IMG/VR virus record: IMGVR_UViG_3300030389_003077 | Coordinates: 1 to 61,182 of that record | Length of the DNA stretch: 61,182 nucleotides | Source of the DNA: a virus | Taxonomy: Duplodnaviria > Caudoviricetes | Strand: one strand, 5' to 3' | Shown here: positions 27,041 through 35,978 of the stretch, one piece after another | How positions within the stretch are numbered: the first letter of the stretch is position 1 | Layout of the letters: every line of letters begins with the position of its first letter | The notes under the pieces: model-generated | What the model was told of the DNA's origin: nothing | Database searches by the model: none | Seen by the model: only the letters and a program-made list of their open reading frames with translations | Translations under genes and position numbers: made by a program

Positions 27041-27191
27041 AGAACTATTTATGCAGATGGCTCAAGGCTTTATGGAGGGTATAAACATAGAGAGAGAGTT
27101 AAGGGGTAGAATGGCTGATGATGAATATCAGCACACCATATATAAAAAGAATATAAATAATAAAACTAAAAGCAATGGAAAAGAACAATAA
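27027..27191 (+). CDS. Hypothetical protein (54 aa)
   Basis: MGKTKELFMQMAQGF...; fills the gap between paralogs 1 and 2. Confidence 0.55.
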   Translation: MGKTKELFMQMAQGFMEGINIERELRGRMADDEYQHTIYKKNINNKTKSNGKEQ

Positions 27192-27525
27192 ACTTATAGC
27201 AGAATTTATGAATTATCCTAAATGTTCTGATTATTGGAACGATGGCAGATTTTTAGAAGAAGATTACAAAGACTATTATTATGTTCGTGGTCAATATGAT
27301 GCATGTTATAATAGCAGTAATTTTCATGTTAATGATATGAAGTTTGGCTTATCTTGGGATTGGCTCATACCTGTTATAGAAAAGATACAAGATAATTACA
27401 TTGAGAATCCCGAATTAGATTATAAGTATATAGATGAAATTAGATTAGCAGTACCTAACATACAAGAAGTACATTATTTAATAGTAGAATTTATTAAAGA
27501 TTATAACGATGGAAAAGACAAATAA
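27175..27525 (+). CDS. NKLIAEFM/SWDW family paralog 2
   Basis: Same three motifs, different intervening segments. Confidence 0.8.
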   Translation: MEKNNKLIAEFMNYPKCSDYWNDGRFLEEDYKDYYYVRGQYDACYNSSNFHVNDMKFGLSWDWLIPVIEKIQDNYIENPELDYKYIDEIRLAVPNIQEVHYLIVEFIKDYNDGKDK

Positions 27526-27799
27526 ACTTATAGCAGAATTTATGCAGAAAGGCTCAGAAGGATTTGGATTGTATGACTATAATGGTAAGCATTATAAATT
27601 ATATGAACTTAAATTCCACACCTCTTGGGATTGGATAATGCCAGTAGTCCAAAAGATAGGCGATGAATATCTTAACACACCATTTGATGAGACATACTCA
27701 CACCTTACAGAGCAGTATGAAAACATTTGGACATTGGAAGATACATATAACGCAGTAGTAGAATTTATTAAAGACCAAAACACTATAAAAAACAATTAG
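27509..27799 (+). CDS. NKLIAEFM/SWDW family paralog 3
   Basis: Same three motifs, different intervening segments. Confidence 0.8.
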   Translation: MEKTNKLIAEFMQKGSEGFGLYDYNGKHYKLYELKFHTSWDWIMPVVQKIGDEYLNTPFDETYSHLTEQYENIWTLEDTYNAVVEFIKDQNTIKNN

Positions 27800-27804
27800 A
27801 AATT

Positions 27805-28188
27805 ATGGGATATAGAAGTGAAGTGTACATAGCAGTACCAAAAAAAGCAGAAAAAGAAATGGACGCAGTAATGAATAATCATAACTTATTTAAAAAAGAC
27901 ATGCATGGCGATTCACCATTTGAAAAGTACGATCACAAGCAAACTTACACGCAGTTCAATGCTGATGGTAAGTGGTTTGAAAAATCAAGGGAAATTGTAA
28001 TATACGAAGGTAATTATCTTAAGTGGTACGAGGAGTATGATGATGTTCAAGGAATAACAAGTATAGTAGAGGAGTACGAGCCAAGTGGTGCGTGTATGGT
28101 ATGTGTTGGAGAAGATAGTGCAGTACATTCAGATATGGGAGAATATCATGAAGTGTTTAATGTTTACACTACAGTAGAATTAACTTAA
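27805..28188 (+). CDS. Hypothetical phage protein (MGYRSEV type)
   Basis: TAGAAATTATG leader; MGYRSEV...KWY...VGED motifs. Confidence 0.75.
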   Translation: MGYRSEVYIAVPKKAEKEMDAVMNNHNLFKKDMHGDSPFEKYDHKQTYTQFNADGKWFEKSREIVIYEGNYLKWYEEYDDVQGITSIVEEYEPSGACMVCVGEDSAVHSDMGEYHEVFNVYTTVELT

Positions 28189-28205
28189 ACTTAAATTAAA
28201 TAAAA

Positions 28206-28655
28206 ATGGAAAACAACACAATTGAATGGGGATGGGAAGAAGGTAAACCATCTAACATGAGAAGTGAGGAACATCAAAAATTCCTTATAGAACAATACAA
28301 TCGCAATAGACCGATTGATAAACAAGTAAAAGATATGGCTGAACTTAACAGAGCATTGTTAGATAACGACATACAATACCTTGGTATGCGTAGCGTTACA
28401 ATCACTGAACGTAGAGTGTATCATAAAGTATCTAAGATAACTATCGAACTACCTAAAGACTTACCATTAGAAGATACTGAGGAATGGTTAGATAATAATA
28501 AAGGTAAGTGGGAACAATCCTTAGACAATGAGTTTAATGATGCCACAATTCAATATGGTACTGGAGTCTTAGAATGTAAAGGTATGTCATATGAAAGTGC
28601 AGACAGAGAAACAAGGTATGATGTGAATGGGGAAAATTATGGAGGGCATGTGTAA
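28206..28655 (+). CDS. Hypothetical protein
   Basis: 149 aa, in operon. Confidence 0.7.
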   Translation: MENNTIEWGWEEGKPSNMRSEEHQKFLIEQYNRNRPIDKQVKDMAELNRALLDNDIQYLGMRSVTITERRVYHKVSKITIELPKDLPLEDTEEWLDNNKGKWEQSLDNEFNDATIQYGTGVLECKGMSYESADRETRYDVNGENYGGHV

Positions 28656-28918
28656 TGGCTAAGATATATATAGATAATTCAAAGTACATGGAGTTTATAG
28701 ATGATATAGCTACACAGATGACAGAGATAGCTTATATAGATACTGATGGAAGTTGTATCGCTTACAAAGAAATTCAAGATGGTTTATCAGATAATACTTG
28801 TATTGTATTTACTGATGAAGCACAAGATTACTATAACGAGAAGTACGATGAAGTAGAAACCATGTTAAACAAAACTCTAAACATACATAGTAATAACGAA
28901 TTACCAAATAAAAATTAA
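28655..28918 (+). CDS. Acidic hypothetical protein
   Basis: TAATG-coupled; FTDEAQDYYNEKYD. Confidence 0.7.
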   Translation: MAKIYIDNSKYMEFIDDIATQMTEIAYIDTDGSCIAYKEIQDGLSDNTCIVFTDEAQDYYNEKYDEVETMLNKTLNIHSNNELPNKN

Positions 28919-28920
28919 TT

Positions 28921-29124
28921 ATGAAAATAGATATGCAAAGAGTAACTAATCAAATGAGGTTTTATATATCTGAAATAAAGTCTTTACAAGATGAAAATAA
29001 GGATTTAAAAAACACCATAAAATTAGATTCAGAGAGATACAGAGGTATAATAACAGAGTTAGAAGTAGAACTGGATAAATTTAAAGATTATGAAAAGTGT
29101 ACAGAATCAAGTAAAAACAATTAA
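28921..29124 (+). CDS. Coiled-coil hypothetical protein
   Basis: 67 aa, in operon. Confidence 0.6.
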   Translation: MKIDMQRVTNQMRFYISEIKSLQDENKDLKNTIKLDSERYRGIITELEVELDKFKDYEKCTESSKNN

Positions 29125-29458
29125 TGTTGATGAGATATGGATGACTGGGGAGAAAGATCCTTGCTCTAAATATGTTATATATTCTAAGGTTAGTAAAATG
29201 TATATAAATCCAATTATTAACGATATAAAAAACATATCCAAGCAACTTAGAGGTAAGCGTATGTTTAATTCAAGTTCTTACCTAAACGCTATGAAGATAC
29301 AAACACTTATGGATACTATAGATAAATCATTTAGCGTTAAAGAACTACAAGAACTACTTGATAACAAGATGTCCCTTACTCAGTTTATATACAAAGCTTT
29401 CGAGATAAAAAGAAGAAACATTGTAAAAAATAATGACAAGAAAAGTAATATTAAGTAA
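29090..29458 (+). CDS. Hypothetical protein
   Basis: 122 aa, in operon. Confidence 0.65.
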   Translation: MKSVQNQVKTINVDEIWMTGEKDPCSKYVIYSKVSKMYINPIINDIKNISKQLRGKRMFNSSSYLNAMKIQTLMDTIDKSFSVKELQELLDNKMSLTQFIYKAFEIKRRNIVKNNDKKSNIK

Positions 29459-29469
29459 AATATTTTTAC

Positions 29470-29477
29470 TATATTTG
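29470..29477 (+). promoter_or_regulatory. -7 element TATATTTG for recombination/replication operon
   Basis: TAnnTTTG; context GTAAAATATTTTTACTATA is shared with the element near 25722-25745. Confidence 0.7.
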
Positions 29478-29509
29478 CAACAGAAAGTTAATTTAATTTA
29501 AAAACCATT

Positions 29510-30082
29510 ATGGAAAAATCAGAAACTATTGGCAAGTTAACTCTTGCCTTATCGAAGGTGCAGTCTCAATTAAGACCTGCAAAAGAAAACTCAAAGAATC
29601 CTTTCTTTAAATCAAGCTATGCTGATCTTGGATCGGTTTGGGATTCAGTTCGTAAACTATTATCAGATAATGAACTAGCTATTGTACAAATGCCTACAGA
29701 TGTAGGTGGTGTAACAACAATCCTGTCACATTCAAGTGGAGAGTTTATATCTTCTACGATGTATATTCCTTCAAAGGAAGATGCACATGGTGTTGGATCT
29801 GCTATATCTTACGCTAGAAGATACGCCCTAGCATCATTCGTAGGTGTAGTTACTGGAGATGATGACGATGGCAACATGGCTGTTAAAGGTAATCGTTTAT
29901 CTTCAAGTAAAAAATCTGCACCTAAACCTAAGCTAACTGACTCTCAATACAAGAGTATGATGAAGGCTATTGAGGATGGTAAGGGTAATGTTGTAGAGCA
30001 AAAGATGGCTGGGTACACCATGACTAAAACTCAACAAGATAACCTTAATAAAATTCTTAAGCTATCTAAAACTTTAGCGTAA
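29510..30082 (+). CDS. erf: ERF-family single-strand annealing protein
   Basis: KNPFFKSSYADL, GSAISYARRYAL, DDDGN signature. Confidence 0.92.
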   Translation: MEKSETIGKLTLALSKVQSQLRPAKENSKNPFFKSSYADLGSVWDSVRKLLSDNELAIVQMPTDVGGVTTILSHSSGEFISSTMYIPSKEDAHGVGSAISYARRYALASFVGVVTGDDDDGNMAVKGNRLSSSKKSAPKPKLTDSQYKSMMKAIEDGKGNVVEQKMAGYTMTKTQQDNLNKILKLSKTLA

Positions 30083-30849
30083 TGAGTTTAGATAATTTTA
30101 TAAAGAAGTTAATTGATGACTCTTTTTATTACTCTGACTACGAGTTTGTAACGAACTCGCAGTTAGGGTTGATAAAGAAAGATGTCAGAACTTATAAGAT
30201 GATGAGGGACAATCCCGAACTCAACAAAGAAACTTTACCTATGATCTTTGGTAGAGCATATCATGTAGCTATGTTAGAGCCTAACGAGTTTCATAATAAA
30301 GTTTTAGTATTCGACTCAGCTACAAGAACTACTAAAGGGTATAAAGAATTTGCGTTGGCTAACCCTAACGCATCTACAATAATACTCCAGAAAGAACACG
30401 ATAAGATTATGTACATGTGTGATGTCTTGTTTGGACATTCTGAGGTTAGGGATCTCCTTCAGGTAGAGGGTAAGAGGGAGATCGCTAACGCTTGGAAAGA
30501 TCAGGATACTGATGTCTATTGTAAAGGTAAAGCAGATTATATAAATGGCAAAACCCTTATAGATTTAAAGACAACATCTGATGGTAGCTTCTATGGTTTC
30601 TCTAACTCTTGCAAGAAGTATGGATACGATAGACAATCAGCATTCTATATGGATGGCTTTGGTTGTGATGAGTTTGTGTTTATAACTCAGGAAAAAGAAA
30701 GACCTTACAACGTTTCTATATTCTATGCTAGTGATGAGTTTATAGAGAGGGGTAGACAAGAGTACAAATACTTGTTAGATGTCTATAAGAAGTTCTTTAT
30801 AACCAACGAAGAATCTATAAGTGAACACTTAATTATGGAGACACTATGA
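30082..30849 (+). CDS. RecE/exonuclease VIII-like PD-(D/E)XK nuclease
   Basis: FGRAYHVAMLEP, CKGKAD...IDLKTT, YDRQSAFY; coupled to erf. Confidence 0.88.
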   Translation: MSLDNFIKKLIDDSFYYSDYEFVTNSQLGLIKKDVRTYKMMRDNPELNKETLPMIFGRAYHVAMLEPNEFHNKVLVFDSATRTTKGYKEFALANPNASTIILQKEHDKIMYMCDVLFGHSEVRDLLQVEGKREIANAWKDQDTDVYCKGKADYINGKTLIDLKTTSDGSFYGFSNSCKKYGYDRQSAFYMDGFGCDEFVFITQEKERPYNVSIFYASDEFIERGRQEYKYLLDVYKKFFITNEESISEHLIMETL

Positions 30850-31052
30850 CATTAAAAGAAAAATTAGCAAAAAAAGAGATCTCAGTATTGTGGCTCTCTG
30901 AAAGAATAGGGTTAAGCAGACCTACCCTAACTAAGTACATTGAAAAACCTGACGAGTTTAAAGTTAAGCACGCCAAGAGAATAGCAAAGTATTTAGGAGT
31001 AACAGAAAGGTACGCATTAGTTAATTATTTTAAATCTGAAAGTTATGAGTAA
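30846..31052 (+). CDS. Cro/XRE-like HTH protein
   Basis: WLSERIGLSRPTLTKY helix-turn-helix. Confidence 0.75.
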   Translation: MTLKEKLAKKEISVLWLSERIGLSRPTLTKYIEKPDEFKVKHAKRIAKYLGVTERYALVNYFKSESYE

Positions 31053-31311
31053 CACAGAAAAAATTTATGTAGGTAACGGAGTAGAAAAATTTGATGGAGA
31101 CTTAGTAGAGTTTTCTCTTAACCTAACTAAGTTAAAGTCTGATGCTGGTAGCCACATATTTGATGGCACCAACGGAGACAAGTACATTAGATTAAAGGTT
31201 GTAAGGAAGCGTAATGGTGCTGATGATTATGGAAAGACTCATTACGTTGAGGTAAACACCTTTAAGCCTGAGCCTAAAAAAGAGGCAGTGGCTAACGACT
31301 TACCATTTTAG
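31045..31311 (+). CDS. Putative ssDNA-binding protein
   Basis: Small beta protein ending NDLPF (SSB-type tail) beside erf/recE. Confidence 0.65.
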   Translation: MSNTEKIYVGNGVEKFDGDLVEFSLNLTKLKSDAGSHIFDGTNGDKYIRLKVVRKRNGADDYGKTHYVEVNTFKPEPKKEAVANDLPF

Positions 31312-31315
31312 TAAT

Positions 31316-31339
31316 GGAGGGGGCTATCCCCCTCCTTTT
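31316..31339 (+). terminator. Intrinsic terminator/attenuator before replication genes
   Basis: GGAGGGGG-CTAT-CCCCCTCC-TTTT. Confidence 0.75.
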
Positions 31340-31361
31340 CTAAACCATTAAACTAAAAACT

Positions 31362-31856
31362 ATGAAGTATAGAATTTCAGATACAGATATTATAGATCTT
31401 CAAAAGGTAGACTTTATCGAAGTTGATGGTAGATCTATAAATTTTCACATAAATTCAAACGTACATCAATCTGTTTACAATAACGATTTAGAGTCTACAT
31501 ACGTATTCAACAACATAGTAAGTCACTTTGATGTAGTGGATCTAAGATTTCAATCTAAAGAGAAGAAGGTGACCATTAATAGTAGAAAAGAGAAAGGCTT
31601 TGAGATGTTTTGGAATCTTTACGACAAGAGAGTAGATAAGATTAAGGCTAAGAAGTCTTGGATGAATCTAACTTTAAATGAGATGGGAGATGCCATAAAA
31701 GCTGTTAAGACTTATGTTGAATCTACTCCAGACAAGCAGTACAGAAGAATGCCAGCAACTTGGATTAATAATAAAAGCTGGAAGAACGATATTAAATTAA
31801 ATAACAAGAAAACTAACCGATACGTTAAACCTCAATACATCCAAGATGAAAGATAA
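31362..31856 (+). CDS. Putative replication initiator/helicase-loader protein
   Basis: FEMFWNLYDKR..KAKKSW...PATWINNKSW motif of phage replisome-organiser C-termini; directly precedes dnaB. Confidence 0.65.
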   Translation: MKYRISDTDIIDLQKVDFIEVDGRSINFHINSNVHQSVYNNDLESTYVFNNIVSHFDVVDLRFQSKEKKVTINSRKEKGFEMFWNLYDKRVDKIKAKKSWMNLTLNEMGDAIKAVKTYVESTPDKQYRRMPATWINNKSWKNDIKLNNKKTNRYVKPQYIQDER

Positions 31857-33168
31857 TATTGACATGGAAAATAGACTTATCGGTAAGATAATGTCCAATC
31901 CTAAAGATTACTATGATTGTCATAGTCTAATATCAGAAAATATATTTAAGGATCCTTTAAATAAAAGGATATACAAGGTTATTTCTAGTAAGTTGGATTC
32001 AGGATTGAAGGCTGATATGATGGACATATCTTCAAGTATTAAAGATCCTTTGGTTGATCTTAGGGTTGCTGAATGTATTAGCTCCGATCATTATGGATAC
32101 ATCACAAAGAAAATTGTTCTTTACTTGTCTCAAGAAGAAAAGAAGGGTAAGTTAAAAAGTCTTGTCGAGAGTACGTCTAAAAAGATAGATAGTGGGGACG
32201 ATCTATTTAACATATTAGAGTTTGTAGAAGAACAATTAAAGAGTATATCTGAAGTTAGAGGTAGTGATATACCTGACATAAAAAAGCAGTTAAAAAAGCT
32301 ACATGATGATATTAACAGAAGAATTAATTCTGAAGATATGATTGGTATAGCTACTGGGTTTCAATCTGTAGATAAGTTTACTGGTGGTTGGCAAGAGACC
32401 GATCTAATAGTTATAGGTGGTGCATCATCTATGGGTAAGACATCTCTTGGGTTAGCATTCTCTTATAATTGTGCAAAGATGGACATACCTACTGCTATAT
32501 TCTCTTACGAGATGGGAGATACTCAGCTTTTACAAAGGTTAGTTTCTTTAGAGAGTGAGGTAAATAATAGGTATATAATGAAGGGGACCATAGAGAATAA
32601 CGAGCTTATGAGGATTCATAAAGCTATTGGTAAGCTAGAAAATACAACTCTTTTTATAGACGAATGTAAGAACTCTTCACTCAAATACCTTTTAAATAAA
32701 ATACGTCAGTATGTAATAACTAAGGATGTCAAGTTCTTCTTGGTAGACTACCTTCAGTTAGTTAAAGCAACTGGGTCCTCAAGAGAACAAGAGGTAGCTG
32801 TTGTGGCTCGTGAACTTAAGAACATAGCTAAAGAACTTAACGTTACTGTTGTAGCTTTGTCACAACTTAGTAGAGGTGTTGAACGTAGAGATGGTTGTAG
32901 ACCTACCTTATCTGATCTTCGTGAGAGTGGAGAGATAGAGCAGGCTTCTGATATTGTTATGCTTGTATATAGACCAGAATACTATGGCATTATGAATGAT
33001 GATAGTGGAAGTTCTACCCAAGGTCTTGTTGACCTTATATTTGCTAAAGGTAGAAACATAGGTACTGGAACTTTGCCTTTACACTTTAAAAAGGAGTATA
33101 CTAAGTTTATTGATCCCCAGGATTATACTGAGAAGTTTACAACTGCAGAACCTTCAGAATCATTTTAG
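31846..33168 (+). CDS. dnaB: Replicative DNA helicase DnaB
   Basis: GGASSMGKTS, FSYEM, VDYLQL, ALSQLSR, LSDLRESGEIEQASD. Confidence 0.96.
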   Translation: MKDNIDMENRLIGKIMSNPKDYYDCHSLISENIFKDPLNKRIYKVISSKLDSGLKADMMDISSSIKDPLVDLRVAECISSDHYGYITKKIVLYLSQEEKKGKLKSLVESTSKKIDSGDDLFNILEFVEEQLKSISEVRGSDIPDIKKQLKKLHDDINRRINSEDMIGIATGFQSVDKFTGGWQETDLIVIGGASSMGKTSLGLAFSYNCAKMDIPTAIFSYEMGDTQLLQRLVSLESEVNNRYIMKGTIENNELMRIHKAIGKLENTTLFIDECKNSSLKYLLNKIRQYVITKDVKFFLVDYLQLVKATGSSREQEVAVVARELKNIAKELNVTVVALSQLSRGVERRDGCRPTLSDLRESGEIEQASDIVMLVYRPEYYGIMNDDSGSSTQGLVDLIFAKGRNIGTGTLPLHFKKEYTKFIDPQDYTEKFTTAEPSESF

Positions 33169-33259
33169 TTATGGATTTAGATATAGAATCGTTAATTAAT
33201 TTAATTATAGGGTTATTATTTGTAATCACTATGATTAAAAGAATAATAGATAGGTTTGT

Positions 33260-33679
33260 ATGAAAAATAATAAAGAAATATTTGAAGAGTCTTTAGATCT
33301 TGTTTGTAAAATTACAAGATTAGATAAGACAGATATACTTAGTAAATGTAGAGTTAGATCTATTGTTAACGCAAGAAAAACACTTGTATATTATATGAAA
33401 TCTAACTATGATTTAAGATGGGTAGATATGGCTAATATGCTAAATCTAAACCATGCTACAATAATACATTATTACAAATGTATTAATGATAATTATATGT
33501 ACGATAGAGATATTCGTAGTTTAAAATTTAGGATTGACTTAATTGATGATACTGGTAGAATTAATTTAAGAAAAAAAATACTTGGTATACTTAATCACAG
33601 ACCTTATCTTAAGACTTATAAAAAAGTAAACGCTTTACTGGATTTAATAGAATATGAAAAAGAAAATATATCACGCTAA
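33260..33679 (+). CDS. DnaA C-terminal-like HTH protein
   Basis: ILSKCRVRSIVNAR...LNLNHATIIHY resembles DnaA domain IV. Confidence 0.7.
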   Translation: MKNNKEIFEESLDLVCKITRLDKTDILSKCRVRSIVNARKTLVYYMKSNYDLRWVDMANMLNLNHATIIHYYKCINDNYMYDRDIRSLKFRIDLIDDTGRINLRKKILGILNHRPYLKTYKKVNALLDLIEYEKENISR

Positions 33680-33917
33680 AGTACACTACAAGTGGAGAGT
33701 TGTAAGATTTGTAAAAGGTGTAGAAAAACCAGCTAAGAAGTGGAACAAATCAAATCACACAACTTGTGTTGTAGAGAGTGAGCCTGAAGAGCTTCAGAAG
33801 TCAAATTACTTTATAAGGAGCCTTAAGTTAAGACACAAATCTACAAACGACATAGAAATAAAAATAGAAAAAATTGAGATTATAGATTTTATATGTCTGT
33901 CTCATGATGTTTATTAA
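33654..33917 (+). CDS. Hypothetical protein
   Basis: 87 aa, in operon. Confidence 0.6.
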   Translation: MKKKIYHAKVHYKWRVVRFVKGVEKPAKKWNKSNHTTCVVESEPEELQKSNYFIRSLKLRHKSTNDIEIKIEKIEIIDFICLSHDVY

Positions 33918-34016
33918 CTTTAAAATAAATTAATATGAAAAATGCTTTAATAATTATTTGTTTGATGTTATCATACATAACTTGGGAAATTATTAAACAC
34001 AATAAAGAAGAAAAAA

Positions 34017-34349
34017 ATGCAAGAAAAGATTAAAGAAAAATGTAACGAAATAAGAGATCTTTTAATAGAGAAGAATAACTCTTATGGTAACTCTGTATTC
34101 GATAAAGGAGTATTGTTTGAGGTTGATCCTATGTATGCTATACAGGCTAGGATAAATGACAAACTAAACCGAATCAAAAGTAAAGAAACTTACATGAGTG
34201 ATAACGACCTCATGGACCTAACTGGATACCTGATACTTTTACAAGTATATAAGGATCATAAAGAGAAGCGTGCTTCTGATATTTTAAATCAGATACACAA
34301 AGATTTTGGCATAGATAAAAAGTCTGATAATGGTAAGGAAGGAGCCTAG
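34017..34349 (+). CDS. Nucleotide-modification-associated domain 1 (DUF1599-like) protein
   Basis: EKNNSYGNS...RINDKLNRI...DLMDLTGY. Confidence 0.75.
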   Translation: MQEKIKEKCNEIRDLLIEKNNSYGNSVFDKGVLFEVDPMYAIQARINDKLNRIKSKETYMSDNDLMDLTGYLILLQVYKDHKEKRASDILNQIHKDFGIDKKSDNGKEGA

Positions 34350-34776
34350 GTTTGAGAGCCAGGAAGATAGAGAAAGAGAAGCTGAAACCCTTCGTATACT
34401 ACTTGAGGGTAAAGACTTAACCTTTGATCAGTTAGGAAAGTATGCTCCAGTTGATGCTGAGATTATAGATAATAAGTCCATGAAGGTTGTATCTCTTTGT
34501 GAGGTAAAGACTATGAGTCTCAATATGGAAGACATACAAAGAGTTAGGACATCCCTAAGGAAGATATATCATTGTCAGAAAGAAGCTCTACACAGAGAGT
34601 TGCCTTTATGTATAGCCTGGAGATTTCTAGATGGAATTGGTTATATTTGGATGCACGAAATAACACAAGCCACAGTCGAGTGGGGTGGCATGAAAAACCC
34701 ACGACCAGGATCTATATGGGATAGAGAGTTATTATTTTATATAGATCTAAATTTACTAACAATAATTAAATTTTAG
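34330..34776 (+). CDS. PD-(D/E)XK nuclease-like protein
   Basis: YAPVDAE...CEVKT motif. Confidence 0.55.
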   Translation: MVRKEPRFESQEDREREAETLRILLEGKDLTFDQLGKYAPVDAEIIDNKSMKVVSLCEVKTMSLNMEDIQRVRTSLRKIYHCQKEALHRELPLCIAWRFLDGIGYIWMHEITQATVEWGGMKNPRPGSIWDRELLFYIDLNLLTIIKF

Positions 34777-34778
34777 AA

Positions 34779-34970
34779 ATGAACAAGCAACAAAAAGATC
34801 GAGAAGAAAAGTACAAGTACTTGAAGTTTGACTGTGAGATGAGAGCAGAATCAGTCAAAATAGCATCGTGCTTATCAACAAGTAAGAACGTTAAGTCTTT
34901 ATTAGAAAACTCAGAAAAAATATCTAAGTATATTTTTGGTATACCTGAGCCTAAGAAAGAAAAGAAATAA
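34779..34970 (+). CDS. Hypothetical protein
   Basis: 63 aa, in operon. Confidence 0.6.
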   Translation: MNKQQKDREEKYKYLKFDCEMRAESVKIASCLSTSKNVKSLLENSEKISKYIFGIPEPKKEKK

Positions 34971-35000
34971 TTCGTATCTTGCAGGCTACAATAATATAGC

Positions 35001-35240
35001 ATGACAAGTAAAAGCACTAAGCATTATAAAAAGAATAAGGAGTCGTATGAAAAGAAAAAAAAGTACGACTCCAAATATTCTTCTTCAGAGAAAAGAAAAA
35101 AGTATCGTGTCAAACTAAACCTATTCAATAGAAAAAAAGGTAAAAAAGGTGATGGTATGGATGCGTCTCACACTAAAGAAGGTGGCTTGATATTAGAGTC
35201 ACAATCTAAAAATAGAGCAAGGAATAGAGGAAAGAAATAA
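35001..35240 (+). CDS. Basic HNH-like small protein
   Basis: GDGMDASH...SKNRARN motif. Confidence 0.55.
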   Translation: MTSKSTKHYKKNKESYEKKKKYDSKYSSSEKRKKYRVKLNLFNRKKGKKGDGMDASHTKEGGLILESQSKNRARNRGKK

Positions 35241-35261
35241 TTATTTTCGTACCTTGGCTTA

Positions 35262-35735
35262 ATGCGATTTAAAAGAAGAAGGGGAAGGCAGATAACTAAA
35301 GCTAAAAAGCATGTCGCAGATGGAATTACATTTGCCTCAGGACTAGAGTTATACTGTTACAGAGCCCTTAAAAAAGCAAAAATCCCTAATCAATACGAAG
35401 GAAAAACTTTTGAACTTACAGAAAAATTTAAGTTCAATGGTATTCTTATGGATAAGGGAAAAACAAAAGGTAAGACCACATTTAAAGTTAAGCCTGGCAA
35501 CATAAGGAATATATCTTACACGCCAGATTTTATTAATTTAGATATGGGTTTTATAATAGAAACTAAAGGAATGAGAACCCCTGAGTTTAAGATGCGATTC
35601 AAGCTGTTTTTAAAGTATCTGTACGATACCGATCAAAAATTAGACGTATATGTCCCATCAAATCAAAAGGAGGTCGATATTACAGTCGATACCATCTTAG
35701 GTCGGGGTTCTTTTAAAAAAGTTAATCCCAAATAA
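35262..35735 (+). CDS. Endonuclease I-like Holliday junction resolvase (DUF1064-like)
   Basis: FASGLE...YTPDF...IETKG. Confidence 0.8.
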   Translation: MRFKRRRGRQITKAKKHVADGITFASGLELYCYRALKKAKIPNQYEGKTFELTEKFKFNGILMDKGKTKGKTTFKVKPGNIRNISYTPDFINLDMGFIIETKGMRTPEFKMRFKLFLKYLYDTDQKLDVYVPSNQKEVDITVDTILGRGSFKKVNPK

Positions 35736-35853
35736 TATAGAAACATATGGGTCCAGTAAATATCTGGATCTCGTTATATGGCATGACTTCTGTTGGGTGA
35801 AACAATCTAAGCCCAAATACAAATCCGTTTACTAATTGTATTCCTATTTCCAT
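35722..35853 (-). CDS. Small hydrophobic protein (43 aa)
   Basis: MEIGIQLVNGFVFGLRLF...FYIIWD; below track cutoff. Confidence 0.5.
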   Translation of the reverse strand: MEIGIQLVNGFVFGLRLFHPTEVMPYNEIQIFTGPICFYIIWD

Positions 35854-35867
35854 TTGACTAAGATAAT

Positions 35868-35891
35868 AAAAAAGGAGGGAACCACCCCTCC
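35868..35891 (-). terminator. Intrinsic terminator
   Basis: Minus strand GGAGGGG-TGGT-TCCCTCC-TTTTTT. Confidence 0.75.
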
Positions 35892-35940
35892 TCTTAACCA
35901 TTATATAAAACTATGAAAGTTTTGAAGTACTACAAAGTTA
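35868..35940 (-). ncRNA. Candidate ~60-nt sRNA (promoter TAACTTTG at 35940-35933) antisense to early-gene leaders
   Basis: Promoter and terminator bracket TTTCATAGTTTTATATAATGGTTAA. Confidence 0.4.
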
Positions 35941-35978
35941 ATGATTAAATGTTTAATTTAAATAGTATTATTAAATTT

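Noticed and set aside
26768-27799. Diversity-generating retroelement
   Set aside because: No reverse transcriptase, and differences are whole unalignable segments rather than adenine-specific substitutions.
22160-27810. CRISPR array or integron from repeated short motifs
   Set aside because: Repeats are gene-start junctions separated by whole ORFs of variable length; no cas gene, integrase or attC-like palindromes.
25343-28830. Additional CTGATGA hammerhead cores (near 25343, 27116, 28812)
   Set aside because: Inside coding sequence and lacking the stem II-GAAA-stem III arrangement.
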